Shown piece by piece: positions 39,347 to 50,444 of a DNA stretch of 64,000 nucleotides. The position numbers and the translations under genes are program-made. The first letter of the stretch is position 1, and every line of letters begins with the position of its first letter. The notes beneath the pieces are model-generated. The model was not told the DNA's origin and made no database searches. It saw only the letters and a program-made list of their open reading frames with translations. This stretch comes from an uncultured Planctomycetales bacterium. Its GTDB lineage: Bacteria; Omnitrophota; Gorgyraeia; Zapsychrales; JBDRMG01. The stretch lies in contig CAYZIY010000004.1 in assembly GCA_964478715.1 (NCBI GenBank), forward strand, positions 43,351 through 107,350. The letters run 5' to 3'.

Positions 39347-40366
39347 CTATTGTCTTTCAAACGCTAATTTTACGATCTTCCTTATCAAATTATTATAATC
39401 CATCCCCGCCTTGGCGGCTGATTCGGCAAATTCATCGATTTTGGCGATACAGGGATTCGCGTTGGGCTCTAAAATATAAACCTGGCCGGTTGGGGTAATG
39501 CGGATATCAAAACGCGCATAGCTGTCCATATCCAGCGCCCGATAGGCGCGCTTGCAGGTATCTTGAATTTTTTCATCCATGCCGTTGGGCAATTTACCGG
39601 CAAATTCACTGCGGATATTGTACCGGGCACGATATTTATCATCCCATTTGGCTTTATAGGTCGCCACCCGCGGTTCTTCGTCGGACATCTCGCCGAATTT
39701 TAACTCCCGCGGCGGAAAAACAGTAATGCGTTTTTTTCCCATCACGCTCATATAAAGCTCTCTGCCTTCGATATATTCTTCGGCGATCGCATCAGCTTTC
39801 ATGTGCTCATGAATGAATTTCACTCGCTCAACCAACCCATCCTCACTATCGACGACAGAAGCTTGCGATATTCCCCTCGAAGCCTCCTCGCATAAAGGCT
39901 TGACAACAAGCGGTGTTTTTAATTGCTTGGGTAACCATACTCTATGACCTCTTAAGAATGCATAGAATCGAGGCACCCTTAACCGGTGATAGCGAAGAAT
40001 TTTTTTGGCCAGAGCCTTGTTGTTGCAAACAAATAAACATCCCGGGGAGGCGCCTGTATAGGGAATCTGAAGCATCTCAAGAAGCGAGGCAACATTCTTT
40101 TCAAGATGCGATTTCTGATCAAAAACTTCCGCCTGGTTAAAAATAACATCGGGCTTGTTTTCTTTGATTTCATTGAGAAGAAGATGAATGTCATTATAAA
40201 GCCCCAGAAGACTCACATCGTATCCGCTGGCTTTAAGGGCTCGATATACATCACGCTCAGTATACCACCAGCCTTCGGTGTCTTTGAATTCTTCTTCGTA
40301 GGAATATCCCCTATCGTGCATTTCGGGGCTATCGAATAAAAGCAGCACTTTGAGCTTTTTTTTCAT
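39347..40366 (-). CDS. ATP-grasp ligase (D-Ala-D-Ala ligase-like family).
   Basis: The N-terminal pre-ATP-grasp region (KVLLLFDSPEM…) and central ATP-grasp region (…VVKPLCEEASRGISQASVVDSEDGL…EEYIEGRELYMSV…) are in Ddl-like order. Confidence 0.6.
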   Translation of the reverse strand: MKKKLKVLLLFDSPEMHDRGYSYEEEFKDTEGWWYTERDVYRALKASGYDVSLLGLYNDIHLLLNEIKENKPDVIFNQAEVFDQKSHLEKNVASLLEMLQIPYTGASPGCLFVCNNKALAKKILRYHRLRVPRFYAFLRGHRVWLPKQLKTPLVVKPLCEEASRGISQASVVDSEDGLVERVKFIHEHMKADAIAEEYIEGRELYMSVMGKKRITVFPPRELKFGEMSDEEPRVATYKAKWDDKYRARYNIRSEFAGKLPNGMDEKIQDTCKRAYRALDMDSYARFDIRITPTGQVYILEPNANPCIAKIDEFAESAAKAGMDYNNLIRKIVKLAFERQ

Positions 40367-41388
40367 TTGTTTCCTCTGAGACGGCCGGTGTAACGGTAAT
40401 TCATAATCAAGGCTGTAATGTATGTTGAAATCTTGATAATTGCTGCCTGATCCTCATCTGTCGCAATCAACTTTAACTCCCGGCAACGTTTACCAATTTT
40501 TTTGAGCAGATCATCAGTAATATATTTTTTTTCACCAGTCCAATTCGCAATACTTTTGAGAATCTGAAGACGGTTTGTTTTAAGAAGATCGGACGCGGCA
40601 GGCGCATTTTTTCCACTCTCTTCTTTTTCGGAAAAAATGCGCTTCAAATTCACATCATGAAAATCCGGAAAATCTTCCGCGCCGTAGGCGCGCTTTTTCT
40701 TGTAATAATTCTTTAAAGTCACGCGCAGTGTTGAGAGTCTCCAATCTTTCTTGCCTTTCTTGACAACGGACTCTTTGTCTTTGATCTCTTCCATAAGCTG
40801 TTCGACAAATTTCAATTTAACCAGAGCCCGCCAGCCCTGATAGCGCTGCTGCCAGTCGCTATGCGGTGTCAACCAGACAGCAAAAGTTTCTGAAAAATCT
40901 TCATCGGGATGATATTGCGCGTAATAATCTTCCAGATGCCTGACATAGCTTCTGCTATAGGGACGAAACCGGTAGGTCTCGCCGTATTCTTTATCGGGTG
41001 AACCAAATATTTTCTGCCATTTCTTCTTTTTACTTAACCGATAGGCATGATTGATCGCATGACCCGCTTCGTGGCGCAATAGCTGCATACACCATTCATT
41101 GGTCCAGCCTTCGGCCTCCAGCATCATCTTTTTTTCCAGGCGGATCAGAGCATCGTCGGCCAGGTAAAAAGGGATCCCGATCGTCGGCTCCCCGTCTGGC
41201 GTGAGCCACTCATCGGCCAGATAGCATTCGGGCTTAAAGCCAATGCCTTTGCCATCCAGCTCCCGGTAAAGATCATTGACCCGGTCCTGTAGCCAGGTGC
41301 CTTTGATTTCTAAAGGAAGGTCGCAAATGCGGGTATGAAGCAGTTCCTCTTCAGAAATTTTAGACAAATCGATCTGTTTCTTTTTCAT
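40363..41388 (-). CDS. Putative zinc metallopeptidase (HEXXH).
   Basis: LRHEAGHAINHAYRL HEXXH motif. It is translationally coupled (4-nt overlap) to the ATP-grasp gene. Confidence 0.5.
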   Translation of the reverse strand: MKKKQIDLSKISEEELLHTRICDLPLEIKGTWLQDRVNDLYRELDGKGIGFKPECYLADEWLTPDGEPTIGIPFYLADDALIRLEKKMMLEAEGWTNEWCMQLLRHEAGHAINHAYRLSKKKKWQKIFGSPDKEYGETYRFRPYSRSYVRHLEDYYAQYHPDEDFSETFAVWLTPHSDWQQRYQGWRALVKLKFVEQLMEEIKDKESVVKKGKKDWRLSTLRVTLKNYYKKKRAYGAEDFPDFHDVNLKRIFSEKEESGKNAPAASDLLKTNRLQILKSIANWTGEKKYITDDLLKKIGKRCRELKLIATDEDQAAIIKISTYITALIMNYRYTGRLRGNK

Positions 41389-41403
41389 TGCGGCAACGCT
41401 TCT

Positions 41404-42795
41404 TTACCATTTCCCTGACTTGCGGGCTTCAGCGGGCGGATATTGTTTGAGAACTTCTTCAGATTGATCGATTTCTTTTTGAGGAAGATGGAAAATATCC
41501 AACTTGTCGTCCAAATACTTCTGATAACCCAAAAGATCAAGCAGGCCGTGGCCGCTGTAATTCATCAGGATCACTTTTTCTTTTCCTTCTTCTTTGGCCT
41601 TGAGAGCTTCGTCAATCGTACAAGCCAGCGCATGAGATGTTTCCGGCGCGCAAACTGTGCCTTCGCTGCGTGCCCATGTGATGGCGGCCTCAAAACATTT
41701 AAGTTGATCATAACAACGCGGCTCAAGCAATCCTTCGACAACAGCCTGGCTGACCAAAGGTGCCATGCCGTGATAGCGAAGCCCTCCGGCATGAATCGGC
41801 GCTGGAATGAAATTATGGCCTAAAGTGAGCATCGCCAAAAGAGGCGTCATCTGGGCGGTGTCTCCGAAATCATAAGCAAAAAGACCGCGTGTCATTTTTG
41901 GAGCGGCCGCTGATTCGACAGGAATAATATCAATTTTGGCGCCATGAATCTTATCGTTGACAAATGGAAATGAAAGTCCGGCAAAATTACTCCCGCCTCC
42001 CGCGCATCCAATGATGGTATCAACTTTTTTCTCACCGGTAATCTCAAGCTGTTTTTTGGCCTCAAGCCCGATAATCGTCTGATGCAGCATCACATGATTC
42101 AAGACACTGCCCAGCGAATAACGGGTCTGTCCGCTTTGATCGCTCACCGCCTCTTCAATTGCTTCAGAAATGGCGATCCCCAGGCTACCGGGTGTATCCG
42201 GCATTTTTTCCAAAATGTCCCGCCCGACTTTGGTTTCATTACTCGGCGAAGCCACGCAATGAGCCCCCCAGGTACGCATGAGCGTTTTGCGCATCGGTTT
42301 TTGATCAAAGCTGATCCGCACCATATACACCTTACATTCCAGTCCAACTAAAGCACAGGAAAATGCCAGAGCGCTTCCCCACTGACCGGCCCCGGTTTCG
42401 GTTGTTAATTTCTTAATCCCAAACTGTTTGTTATACCAGGCCTGGGCCACCGCCGTGTTTGGCTTATGGCTTCCAGCCGGAGAGACGCTTTCGTCCTTAT
42501 AGTAAATACGCGCAGGCGTTTTAAGATGCTGTTCCAAATATTTCGCCCGTCGAAGGGGCGAAGGACGCCAGCGATAAAGGATTTCCAGAATCTCATCCGG
42601 TATATCAATCCACCGCTTCTGGGAGACTTCCTGTTCGATCAAATTCGTCGGAAAAACCGGCTCCAGCATATCGGGTGTTATCGGTTTACCGTCGGGCCCT
42701 AAAGGCGGCAGCATGGGCGTGGGCAGATCAGCCGCCAGATTATACCATTTACGAGGAATGTCTTTTTCCGAGAGAGTGATTTTGATTTCGCTCAC
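41404..42795 (-). CDS. trpB2: TrpB-like PLP-dependent enzyme (tryptophan synthase beta chain, type 2).
   Basis: 463 aa. N-terminal extension, then YLKRGDLNPTGSHKINN-like motif (…SPAGSHKPNTAVAQAW…), GAGQWGSALAFSC, and the GGGSNFAGL glycine loop. Confidence 0.75.
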   Translation of the reverse strand: MSEIKITLSEKDIPRKWYNLAADLPTPMLPPLGPDGKPITPDMLEPVFPTNLIEQEVSQKRWIDIPDEILEILYRWRPSPLRRAKYLEQHLKTPARIYYKDESVSPAGSHKPNTAVAQAWYNKQFGIKKLTTETGAGQWGSALAFSCALVGLECKVYMVRISFDQKPMRKTLMRTWGAHCVASPSNETKVGRDILEKMPDTPGSLGIAISEAIEEAVSDQSGQTRYSLGSVLNHVMLHQTIIGLEAKKQLEITGEKKVDTIIGCAGGGSNFAGLSFPFVNDKIHGAKIDIIPVESAAAPKMTRGLFAYDFGDTAQMTPLLAMLTLGHNFIPAPIHAGGLRYHGMAPLVSQAVVEGLLEPRCYDQLKCFEAAITWARSEGTVCAPETSHALACTIDEALKAKEEGKEKVILMNYSGHGLLDLLGYQKYLDDKLDIFHLPQKEIDQSEEVLKQYPPAEARKSGKW

Positions 42796-42807
42796 AGTCG
42801 ATCTCCT

Positions 42808-43431
42808 TTATTGGTTCATGGCTTTTTCGAGAATCCGAATATTCTCCTCTAAAATTTTCGTTTGATGATCGTAATCTTCTTTCACTTCATAGGGCAATGA
42901 AGGAGGAATCTTTTTGTGAAAGTCTAATGTCTCTTTGGCTAGAGATAGGGCTGTCTCACCAAACATATCTTTTCTATCCGCAGCGGCTCCTTTTGATAAT
43001 AAAAATTTGATCGCGTCCTGCGATCCTGATGATGCGGCCATCATTAAAGGAGAGCCTTCCTCTGTCCCCTCTATGTCTGCGCCGGCATCCAAAAGAAGCT
43101 CCATGATTTCTATATTATTAACCCCCGCCGCCCACATCAACGGTGTTGAGCCCATGACGTCTTCGGTTGCCTCAGTATCGGCACCATGTGAAAGCAAGAG
43201 CTTAACCATTTCTTTGTTTCCCGATTGAACGGCATAAAATAAAGCAGGCGCCGTAACGTCATTCGCATTGATATCCGCCTCCTTCTCGATAGCTTCAAGG
43301 GCTTTGTCGTAATCTTTCATTTTTACGGCCACAATCAAGTTATCTTCTTTTAATCCACAGTAAGCTGGATAAACAAAAAGGATGGATAATATCAATAGAG
43401 ATGCGATGATATGAATTCGGGTAAATGTCAT
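42808..43431 (-). CDS. Ankyrin-repeat protein with an N-terminal signal/anchor.
   Basis: ANK repeats: ALFYAVQSGNKEMVKLLLSHGADTEA…TPLMWAAGVNNIEIMELLLDAGADIEG…SPLMMAASSGSQDAIKFLLSKGAAAD. Confidence 0.7.
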   Translation of the reverse strand: MTFTRIHIIASLLILSILFVYPAYCGLKEDNLIVAVKMKDYDKALEAIEKEADINANDVTAPALFYAVQSGNKEMVKLLLSHGADTEATEDVMGSTPLMWAAGVNNIEIMELLLDAGADIEGTEEGSPLMMAASSGSQDAIKFLLSKGAAADRKDMFGETALSLAKETLDFHKKIPPSLPYEVKEDYDHQTKILEENIRILEKAMNQ

Positions 43432-43440
43432 GTTGAATAT

Positions 43441-45182
<1,742 letters not shown>

Positions 45183-45240
45183 GGCTCCTCGCTTTCTTTA
45201 AAATCAATGTTCATATTCTACAGTTGTTTGGGAGCTGGGG

Positions 45241-45287
45241 CAAGGAAAAAGAACCCCACTCTTTTGGCTTAGGTCAAAAGAGTGGGG
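45241..45287 (-). terminator. Rho-independent terminator downstream of the CBM/dockerin gene.
   Basis: Inverted repeat CCCCACTCTTTT / AAAAGAGTGGGG (45254-45287), followed on the minus strand by TTCTTTTTCC. Confidence 0.55.
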
Positions 45288-45325
45288 CTATCCATAGTTA
45301 GGATTATCGCGGGAGAGAATAGTTT

Positions 45326-48300
45326 TTATTTTCCGCTACCGTCACAATCAGGCGCCGGACCGCCGCTAAACATATAGGAAACCAGATAAGTCAAATCAGA
45401 AATATCCGGATTCAGTCCATCCCTACCGTTAACATTGGCCACCCACATCGGATCCGGAGCCGGACCGCCGCTGAACATGTACGAAACTAAATAGGTTAAA
45501 TCCGAAATATCTACTGTCGGAGAACCATCTCCATTTATATCGCCGCAATAATATTCCTGGCTTGATGTAGTCATCTGCGCACTGTCAAAAATAGCTGTCG
45601 CGCCGATGGCATCTACATTGTCGATTTGATCTGCGAAAATGAAGCAGAGAACCTTGATGCTGGCCGCCGCAGCAGGAGCGGTGGCGCTCACGCTAAGCTC
45701 GCTCCAGCCATTGACGCCTTGCAGAGTATCATCAACCTGGGAGCTGACTTCTTGTCCTTGATCATCCAAGAAAATGAGGCCTAAACCGGCAGATGTCGAG
45801 CTGGCAAAGGCGCTGATATCGGTTTTAGCCATAATGCTGACGGTAACATCACTGCCAGCATCTACGGCTACGATCTGCTCGGCGCTGGCATAGTAATTTC
45901 CCGTCGTCACAGAGGAATCAACGACAAACTCCGCGGCATAGGATCCTTCATAAACATCAGCTGTCGTTATAGCAGCTGGTTTATTGGGAGTGTCCCAATC
46001 GCCCAGTCCGTTTTCAAATCCCGGATTCAAAAGATCCGTTGGAAGCGGCGGCGGTTCAATCGCGTCATATGAATAATAAAAGGAATCGAAATTCACCGTT
46101 CCGTTTTCGCCCAAAGGATCATCTTCGGGAACAAAGGCAAAGCCGCTAACGCGTACTTTGACAGCTCCCGCCGGAATGGTGGCAGCCACATAAAGCTCTC
46201 GCCAATCATTAGTGCCGCTGAGGCTGTCCTGACCGATAATATAAGCTTCATTTTCTTCGTCAAAGAACTCTATCTGAATCCCAACACTAGCTTCGGATGC
46301 CGGCTCAATATCGGATTTCAAATAGGCGGTCAAATAGACGTCTTGCTCGCTTGGAAAAGGCGTTCCTTGATTGTTGTAATAAATATCCTGATACACAATG
46401 CTGAAATAATCATCGTTGGGAGGATTTTCACCAATGGTTTTTTGTCCCGAGTAAGTACCCGCGTGAGCCTGGGTGTCGTCAATAACTGTGGGCAATCCAT
46501 AAAGATCGCTCCATCCAGTTAACCCTAATTCGAAACCAGGGTTCACTAAATCTGTGGCAAATCCTGGAGGATCAATAGGATCCAGCGAGGCCACAACATC
46601 GTCGAAATAAGCAGTGCCGCCTAAACCGACATCCGCATTGGGAGCCGAAGCAAAAACGCTAACCCTCGCCTTGACAGTCTGAGTCGGAGCATTTTCGGCC
46701 ACATACAATTTGGTCCATCCGGTTTGCCCGGAAATCGTGTCGGTGTAGGTGGCGATTTCAACATCCATCGCATCCACAAATTCCACCAGCAAACCAGCCG
46801 AACTTCCTGAAGAAGGATCCATGTCGGTTTTCACCCATGCCGTTGTATAAAGTGTGTCTCCGGCCCCAAAAACAAACTCCTGACTTGTTCGCGACCAGAA
46901 ATCGGCACTGCCGCCGGGATCTTGAACAACGGATTTGGCCGCATAGTCTCCGGAATGGCTTGCTTCGCTTGTGACCGTCATCGGAAAGCCTGAGGCATCA
47001 AGGGTCCATCCGCTTAAGGCATCTTCAAAGCTGGGATTAAGAATCAACTCGCTGGGAGGGGTGTTGGAAAACGTGACATCATCGACATAAACCGTTCCGT
47101 TGACAATCCCCTGACCCTGCGCTGCCCAGGTATATCCACTAATACGCATTTTTACGGTCCCAGCGGGCGCTGTCTTGGTGACATAAAGGAGTTTCCAGTC
47201 GGTATTGGCTGTAATCTCCGATTTCGCCGGAGAGCCAATCAGATCATTGTTGGAATTATAGAATCCCACCTGAATACCGCCCACAGCAGTATAAACCGGA
47301 TTGATTTCCGATTTGACCCAAGCGGTCACAAAGGCTGATTCTCCAGAAGAAAACGGCAGCTCCTGATAAACCTCACCCCAGTAATCTTGCGGATCGGTAT
47401 TGCCGATCGTCCTGGCCGCTGCATAGTTTCCGGAATTGACGACTTGGTCGGTCGCCACAAACGGAAAGCCATTAGCCGACCAGTCATTGACTCCGTTTTC
47501 AAAACCGGCGTTGATCAAATCTGTCTGCGGCGGCGGAGTCGAGATGGGACTTGTGGAGACAATAAAATCATCCACATAAAATTTCCCCGTTAAGGCCGGA
47601 GAATCGTTTTGGGCTGCCCAAAGAAAAGCGCCGATACGAACTTTGGCTGTTTGGGAAGGAGCCGTTCCTTCCGTATAAAGCAAACGCCAATCTGTCTGAC
47701 CCCCGATTTCAGAGGTCACTTGTGAAATAATAGTATCGTTGGAACGCAAAAATTGAATAATCAAACCGCCTTTGGCCCCTGCTAATGGAGAAATATTTGT
47801 TTGTCCCCAAGCCGAAGCGTAAAAAGTATTGCCAACTGTTGCCGCTGTTTCCTGATAGATAAAACCGTAATAATCCCCGCCGGTTACGCTATTAACGGCA
47901 TCGTAAGCGCTGTATGATCCGCTATGAACCTGAGAGGAAGAAACGCTAAAGGGATAGGTCCCGGCTCCCGTAGTCCAGCCGCTTAATTGCGATTCAAATC
48001 CGGGATTCGTCACAATTCCACCAGGAGCTTCCTCAAGATCTAGGAAAAGATCGTCTGCGTAAGCTGCGCCGTTGATTGCCTGAGCATCATCTTCAGCGGC
48101 AAAAATAAAGGCCCCGGCTCTAATTTGAACTGTACCGGTCGGCGCATGTCCTGAAACATAAAGTTTGAACCAGTCATTGACCCCGCCCATATCGGTCTTG
48201 ATATTACTGATCACATCACCACCGCTATTGAGGAATTCCACTAAAATACCAGCCCGAGCAGAGGATCCAGCGGCAAAATCCGTCTTGATCCATCCCGACA

Positions 48301-48622
48301 TCAACACCGGATCGCCGGCTGCCACCGGTTCGATGATTTGATAAACCTGACCATAATATTCCTGATCTTCAACATCAGAAATGGTATTTTTTACCGCATA
48401 CGGGCTCCCGTGAACTTCTGTATTAGTAACCCGAAACGGATATCCGATAGACGAATAGCTGTTAAGTCCATTATCAAATCCCGGATTTTCAATCAGATTG
48501 TCGGCAAGAGCTAATTGAGGAACGGCCAGCAGCATTCCAATAATTAAAACTTTCCTTAGTATAGGCATATGTACAACCTCCTTAATTTGGTAAATTTCTT
48601 GTTTGGGTTTGAAGTATAACAT
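45326..48622 (-). CDS. Secreted 1098-aa protein with six tandem CBM-like beta-sandwich repeats of about 150 aa and a C-terminal tandem dockerin-like (Ca-binding) module.
   Basis: Signal peptide MPILRKVLIIGMLLAVPQLALA. The repeat units each start with [LV]xNPGFExxLxxW and contain …YVDD…. C-terminus: GDINGDGSPTVDISDLTYLVSYMFSGGPAPD…VNGRDGLNPDISDLTYLVSYMFSGGPAPD, a duplicated dockerin type I segment. Confidence 0.7.
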   Translation of the reverse strand: MLYFKPKQEIYQIKEVVHMPILRKVLIIGMLLAVPQLALADNLIENPGFDNGLNSYSSIGYPFRVTNTEVHGSPYAVKNTISDVEDQEYYGQVYQIIEPVAAGDPVLMSGWIKTDFAAGSSARAGILVEFLNSGGDVISNIKTDMGGVNDWFKLYVSGHAPTGTVQIRAGAFIFAAEDDAQAINGAAYADDLFLDLEEAPGGIVTNPGFESQLSGWTTGAGTYPFSVSSSQVHSGSYSAYDAVNSVTGGDYYGFIYQETAATVGNTFYASAWGQTNISPLAGAKGGLIIQFLRSNDTIISQVTSEIGGQTDWRLLYTEGTAPSQTAKVRIGAFLWAAQNDSPALTGKFYVDDFIVSTSPISTPPPQTDLINAGFENGVNDWSANGFPFVATDQVVNSGNYAAARTIGNTDPQDYWGEVYQELPFSSGESAFVTAWVKSEINPVYTAVGGIQVGFYNSNNDLIGSPAKSEITANTDWKLLYVTKTAPAGTVKMRISGYTWAAQGQGIVNGTVYVDDVTFSNTPPSELILNPSFEDALSGWTLDASGFPMTVTSEASHSGDYAAKSVVQDPGGSADFWSRTSQEFVFGAGDTLYTTAWVKTDMDPSSGSSAGLLVEFVDAMDVEIATYTDTISGQTGWTKLYVAENAPTQTVKARVSVFASAPNADVGLGGTAYFDDVVASLDPIDPPGFATDLVNPGFELGLTGWSDLYGLPTVIDDTQAHAGTYSGQKTIGENPPNDDYFSIVYQDIYYNNQGTPFPSEQDVYLTAYLKSDIEPASEASVGIQIEFFDEENEAYIIGQDSLSGTNDWRELYVAATIPAGAVKVRVSGFAFVPEDDPLGENGTVNFDSFYYSYDAIEPPPLPTDLLNPGFENGLGDWDTPNKPAAITTADVYEGSYAAEFVVDSSVTTGNYYASAEQIVAVDAGSDVTVSIMAKTDISAFASSTSAGLGLIFLDDQGQEVSSQVDDTLQGVNGWSELSVSATAPAAAASIKVLCFIFADQIDNVDAIGATAIFDSAQMTTSSQEYYCGDINGDGSPTVDISDLTYLVSYMFSGGPAPDPMWVANVNGRDGLNPDISDLTYLVSYMFSGGPAPDCDGSGK

Positions 48623-48695
48623 AAGAAAACGCTTTTTGCCAAAAATTCTGTCAAAGAAAGCGTTTTCGCAATTGAAAAATTATTATTAACTTCGA

Positions 48696-49463
48696 TTATT
48701 TTGCGGGACGGTTTTTGGAGATGATATAGCCATAAAGAGCAATGATACATCCTAATAAGATCAACTGGATCTGCTTCTGGCTGAATCCTGAGACAAATCC
48801 CCACTTGAGCCAGTCGGCTGAAACGGTAAAGAGAATCAGAAGAGTGCCAGTGATCTTAAGAAAGGTGCCTTTGGCGGATCTGGCGCGCGGTGCTTCCTGA
48901 GGTCTTAGCTGGGTTTGGTCACATGGTGATTTTGGATCTTTCAAAGGAGGCGTTTTTTGCAAAGCCAGAAAGCTGGCGATTTCCAAAGCGCCGATGGTGA
49001 AAAACCCGAACAGCGTCATCCATAATCCGTAAACAATATTAACTTTAAGGACAAATTTATCCAGATCGGTTGAAAGCAGTTTATAGGTCACAGCGCAGAC
49101 AATCGCAATGGAAACAATGCCCAAAAACAATCGGATGATTTTGGCCCGCCGGAAGACTTTACCGGCCAGAGCAATCAAAACGGCAATCAGCGGCACGCAC
49201 CACAGCAGATAACTTTTTTTATCAGCATCACGGATTTGGGGATTGAAGATTTTAATCACACTGATCATAAAGCGCGACTCTTCGCTGTTGGCTAAAAGAG
49301 GCACGCTAAAACCGCTAATCGAATCAATCACATCCTGACGTTTGCCGGTTAAAAAGCCGGAGATGTCCCCCACCGTCTTGGCCTCAACAGAAATCCAGGG
49401 TAAGAAAAAAGCGATCACAATCATCGCCGCTAATAACATGGTTAATCGTTCTTGTCCGTCCAT
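48696..49463 (-). CDS. Hypothetical polytopic membrane protein.
   Basis: 255 aa with 6-7 hydrophobic helices. No motif recognised. Confidence 0.45.
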   Translation of the reverse strand: MDGQERLTMLLAAMIVIAFFLPWISVEAKTVGDISGFLTGKRQDVIDSISGFSVPLLANSEESRFMISVIKIFNPQIRDADKKSYLLWCVPLIAVLIALAGKVFRRAKIIRLFLGIVSIAIVCAVTYKLLSTDLDKFVLKVNIVYGLWMTLFGFFTIGALEIASFLALQKTPPLKDPKSPCDQTQLRPQEAPRARSAKGTFLKITGTLLILFTVSADWLKWGFVSGFSQKQIQLILLGCIIALYGYIISKNRPAK

Positions 49464-49516
49464 ATTTTTTCTTTTCGATTTTTTATTGTACTTCTATTTG
49501 GACTATAAAGCAAGAA

Positions 49517-49541
49517 GGAAGCCGAGCTTAGCTCGGCTTCC
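49517..49541 (-). terminator. Hairpin terminator downstream of the higBA pair.
   Basis: GGAAGCCGAGC-tta-GCTCGGCTTCC, a perfect 11-bp stem, followed on the minus strand by TTCTTGCTTTAT. Confidence 0.45.
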
Positions 49542-49653
49542 TTCATAGTTAAACCAACGACCCCGACGGGACACAACCGCCCCCCCCTGATTTAGAAGTC
49601 GATATCGCTACGATAAAGCTGATTTTTAAGAAGTGTGCGCTGGAGATGATCAG

Positions 49654-49929
49654 CTAGGCAAGACTTACTTTCAAATGTTTCCCGACCGCCACGGCAACCT
49701 TTTGCAAAGTAGACAGCTTGATATCCTCGGCATGATTTTCAATCCGGGATATAGCCGTTCGCTGAGTCTTGATCATCCGTGCGACCTCTTCCTGGCTCAA
49801 TCCCGCTTCTTCTCTGGCTTGCCGAATCATTACCCCAATCTTGAACTCCTCAAAACCCTCTTCATAATCTTTGGCAAATTGAGTATCTGTTTTTTTACGT
49901 TTTTCGATATATTTTTCTAAATCGCCCAT
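49654..49929 (-). CDS. higA: XRE-family HTH antitoxin (HigA-like).
   Basis: …MIRQAREEAGLSQEEVARMIKTQRTAISRIENHAEDIKLSTLQKVAVAVGKHL. The start is taken at the ATG preceded by AGGGGG. The track start is a TTG further upstream. Confidence 0.65.
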   Translation of the reverse strand: MGDLEKYIEKRKKTDTQFAKDYEEGFEEFKIGVMIRQAREEAGLSQEEVARMIKTQRTAISRIENHAEDIKLSTLQKVAVAVGKHLKVSLA

Positions 49930-49991
49930 TTCTAACCCCCTCATTAGCCTTCTTTTGGCTAATATGAAGGTAACACGTGTGTTACCTTTTG

Positions 49992-50338
49992 TCAAGGCCT
50001 TCTTTGCCAGTAATCTTGTTTGTAAGCCTCGGATTTCTTGATTTCAGCTAATGGAGTTTTCTGCGATTTCTTAACTATTCCGTGTGTCAGTACAATTTGA
50101 TGGCCATCCCAGAAAGCAAAGATACGATAAATATTGGATCCCAGTTTAATCCGGCATTCCCAAATATCTCTGCTCCTTCCATTTTACAAAAGTATTGCGC
50201 AGGCACGCGCTCCAGCCGGACCAGTAAGCGCAGAACCCATGTAATTTTTTTTGCTTCTTTTGGTGGCAAAGAATCCAAAAATTCTTCTACAGGACATCGA
50301 TTATTATCGGTTTTGTAAAATACAACGGTTCTTAACAT
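49992..50338 (-). pseudogene. higB: HigB/Gp49-like (DUF891) toxin gene interrupted by a frameshift.
   Basis: The N-terminus MLRTVVFYKTDNNRCPVEEFLDSLPPKEAKKITWVLRLLVRLERVPAQYF is canonical. After EIFGNAG the track frame gives a nonsense tail. The +1 frame continues LGSNIYRIFAFWDGHQIVLTHGIVKKSQKTPLAEIKKSEAYKQDYWQRRP*, ending at 49992 and overlapping the antitoxin start. Confidence 0.55.
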
Positions 50339-50444
50339 ACCATAGGGATAACATCTACGTTACCTATCATTAAGGCTTTTTTTATGGGCAAAATAAAGCA
50401 AGGCTTCATCAACGATTTTCGAACTTATTTGACATTAATAGGTA

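Noticed and set aside
48631-48668. Inverted repeat GAAAACGCTTT…AAAGCGTTTTC between the membrane-protein gene and the dockerin gene.
   Set aside because: The loop is about 25 nt and the flanking T-tract is weak. It may be a weak terminator, but I could not support it.
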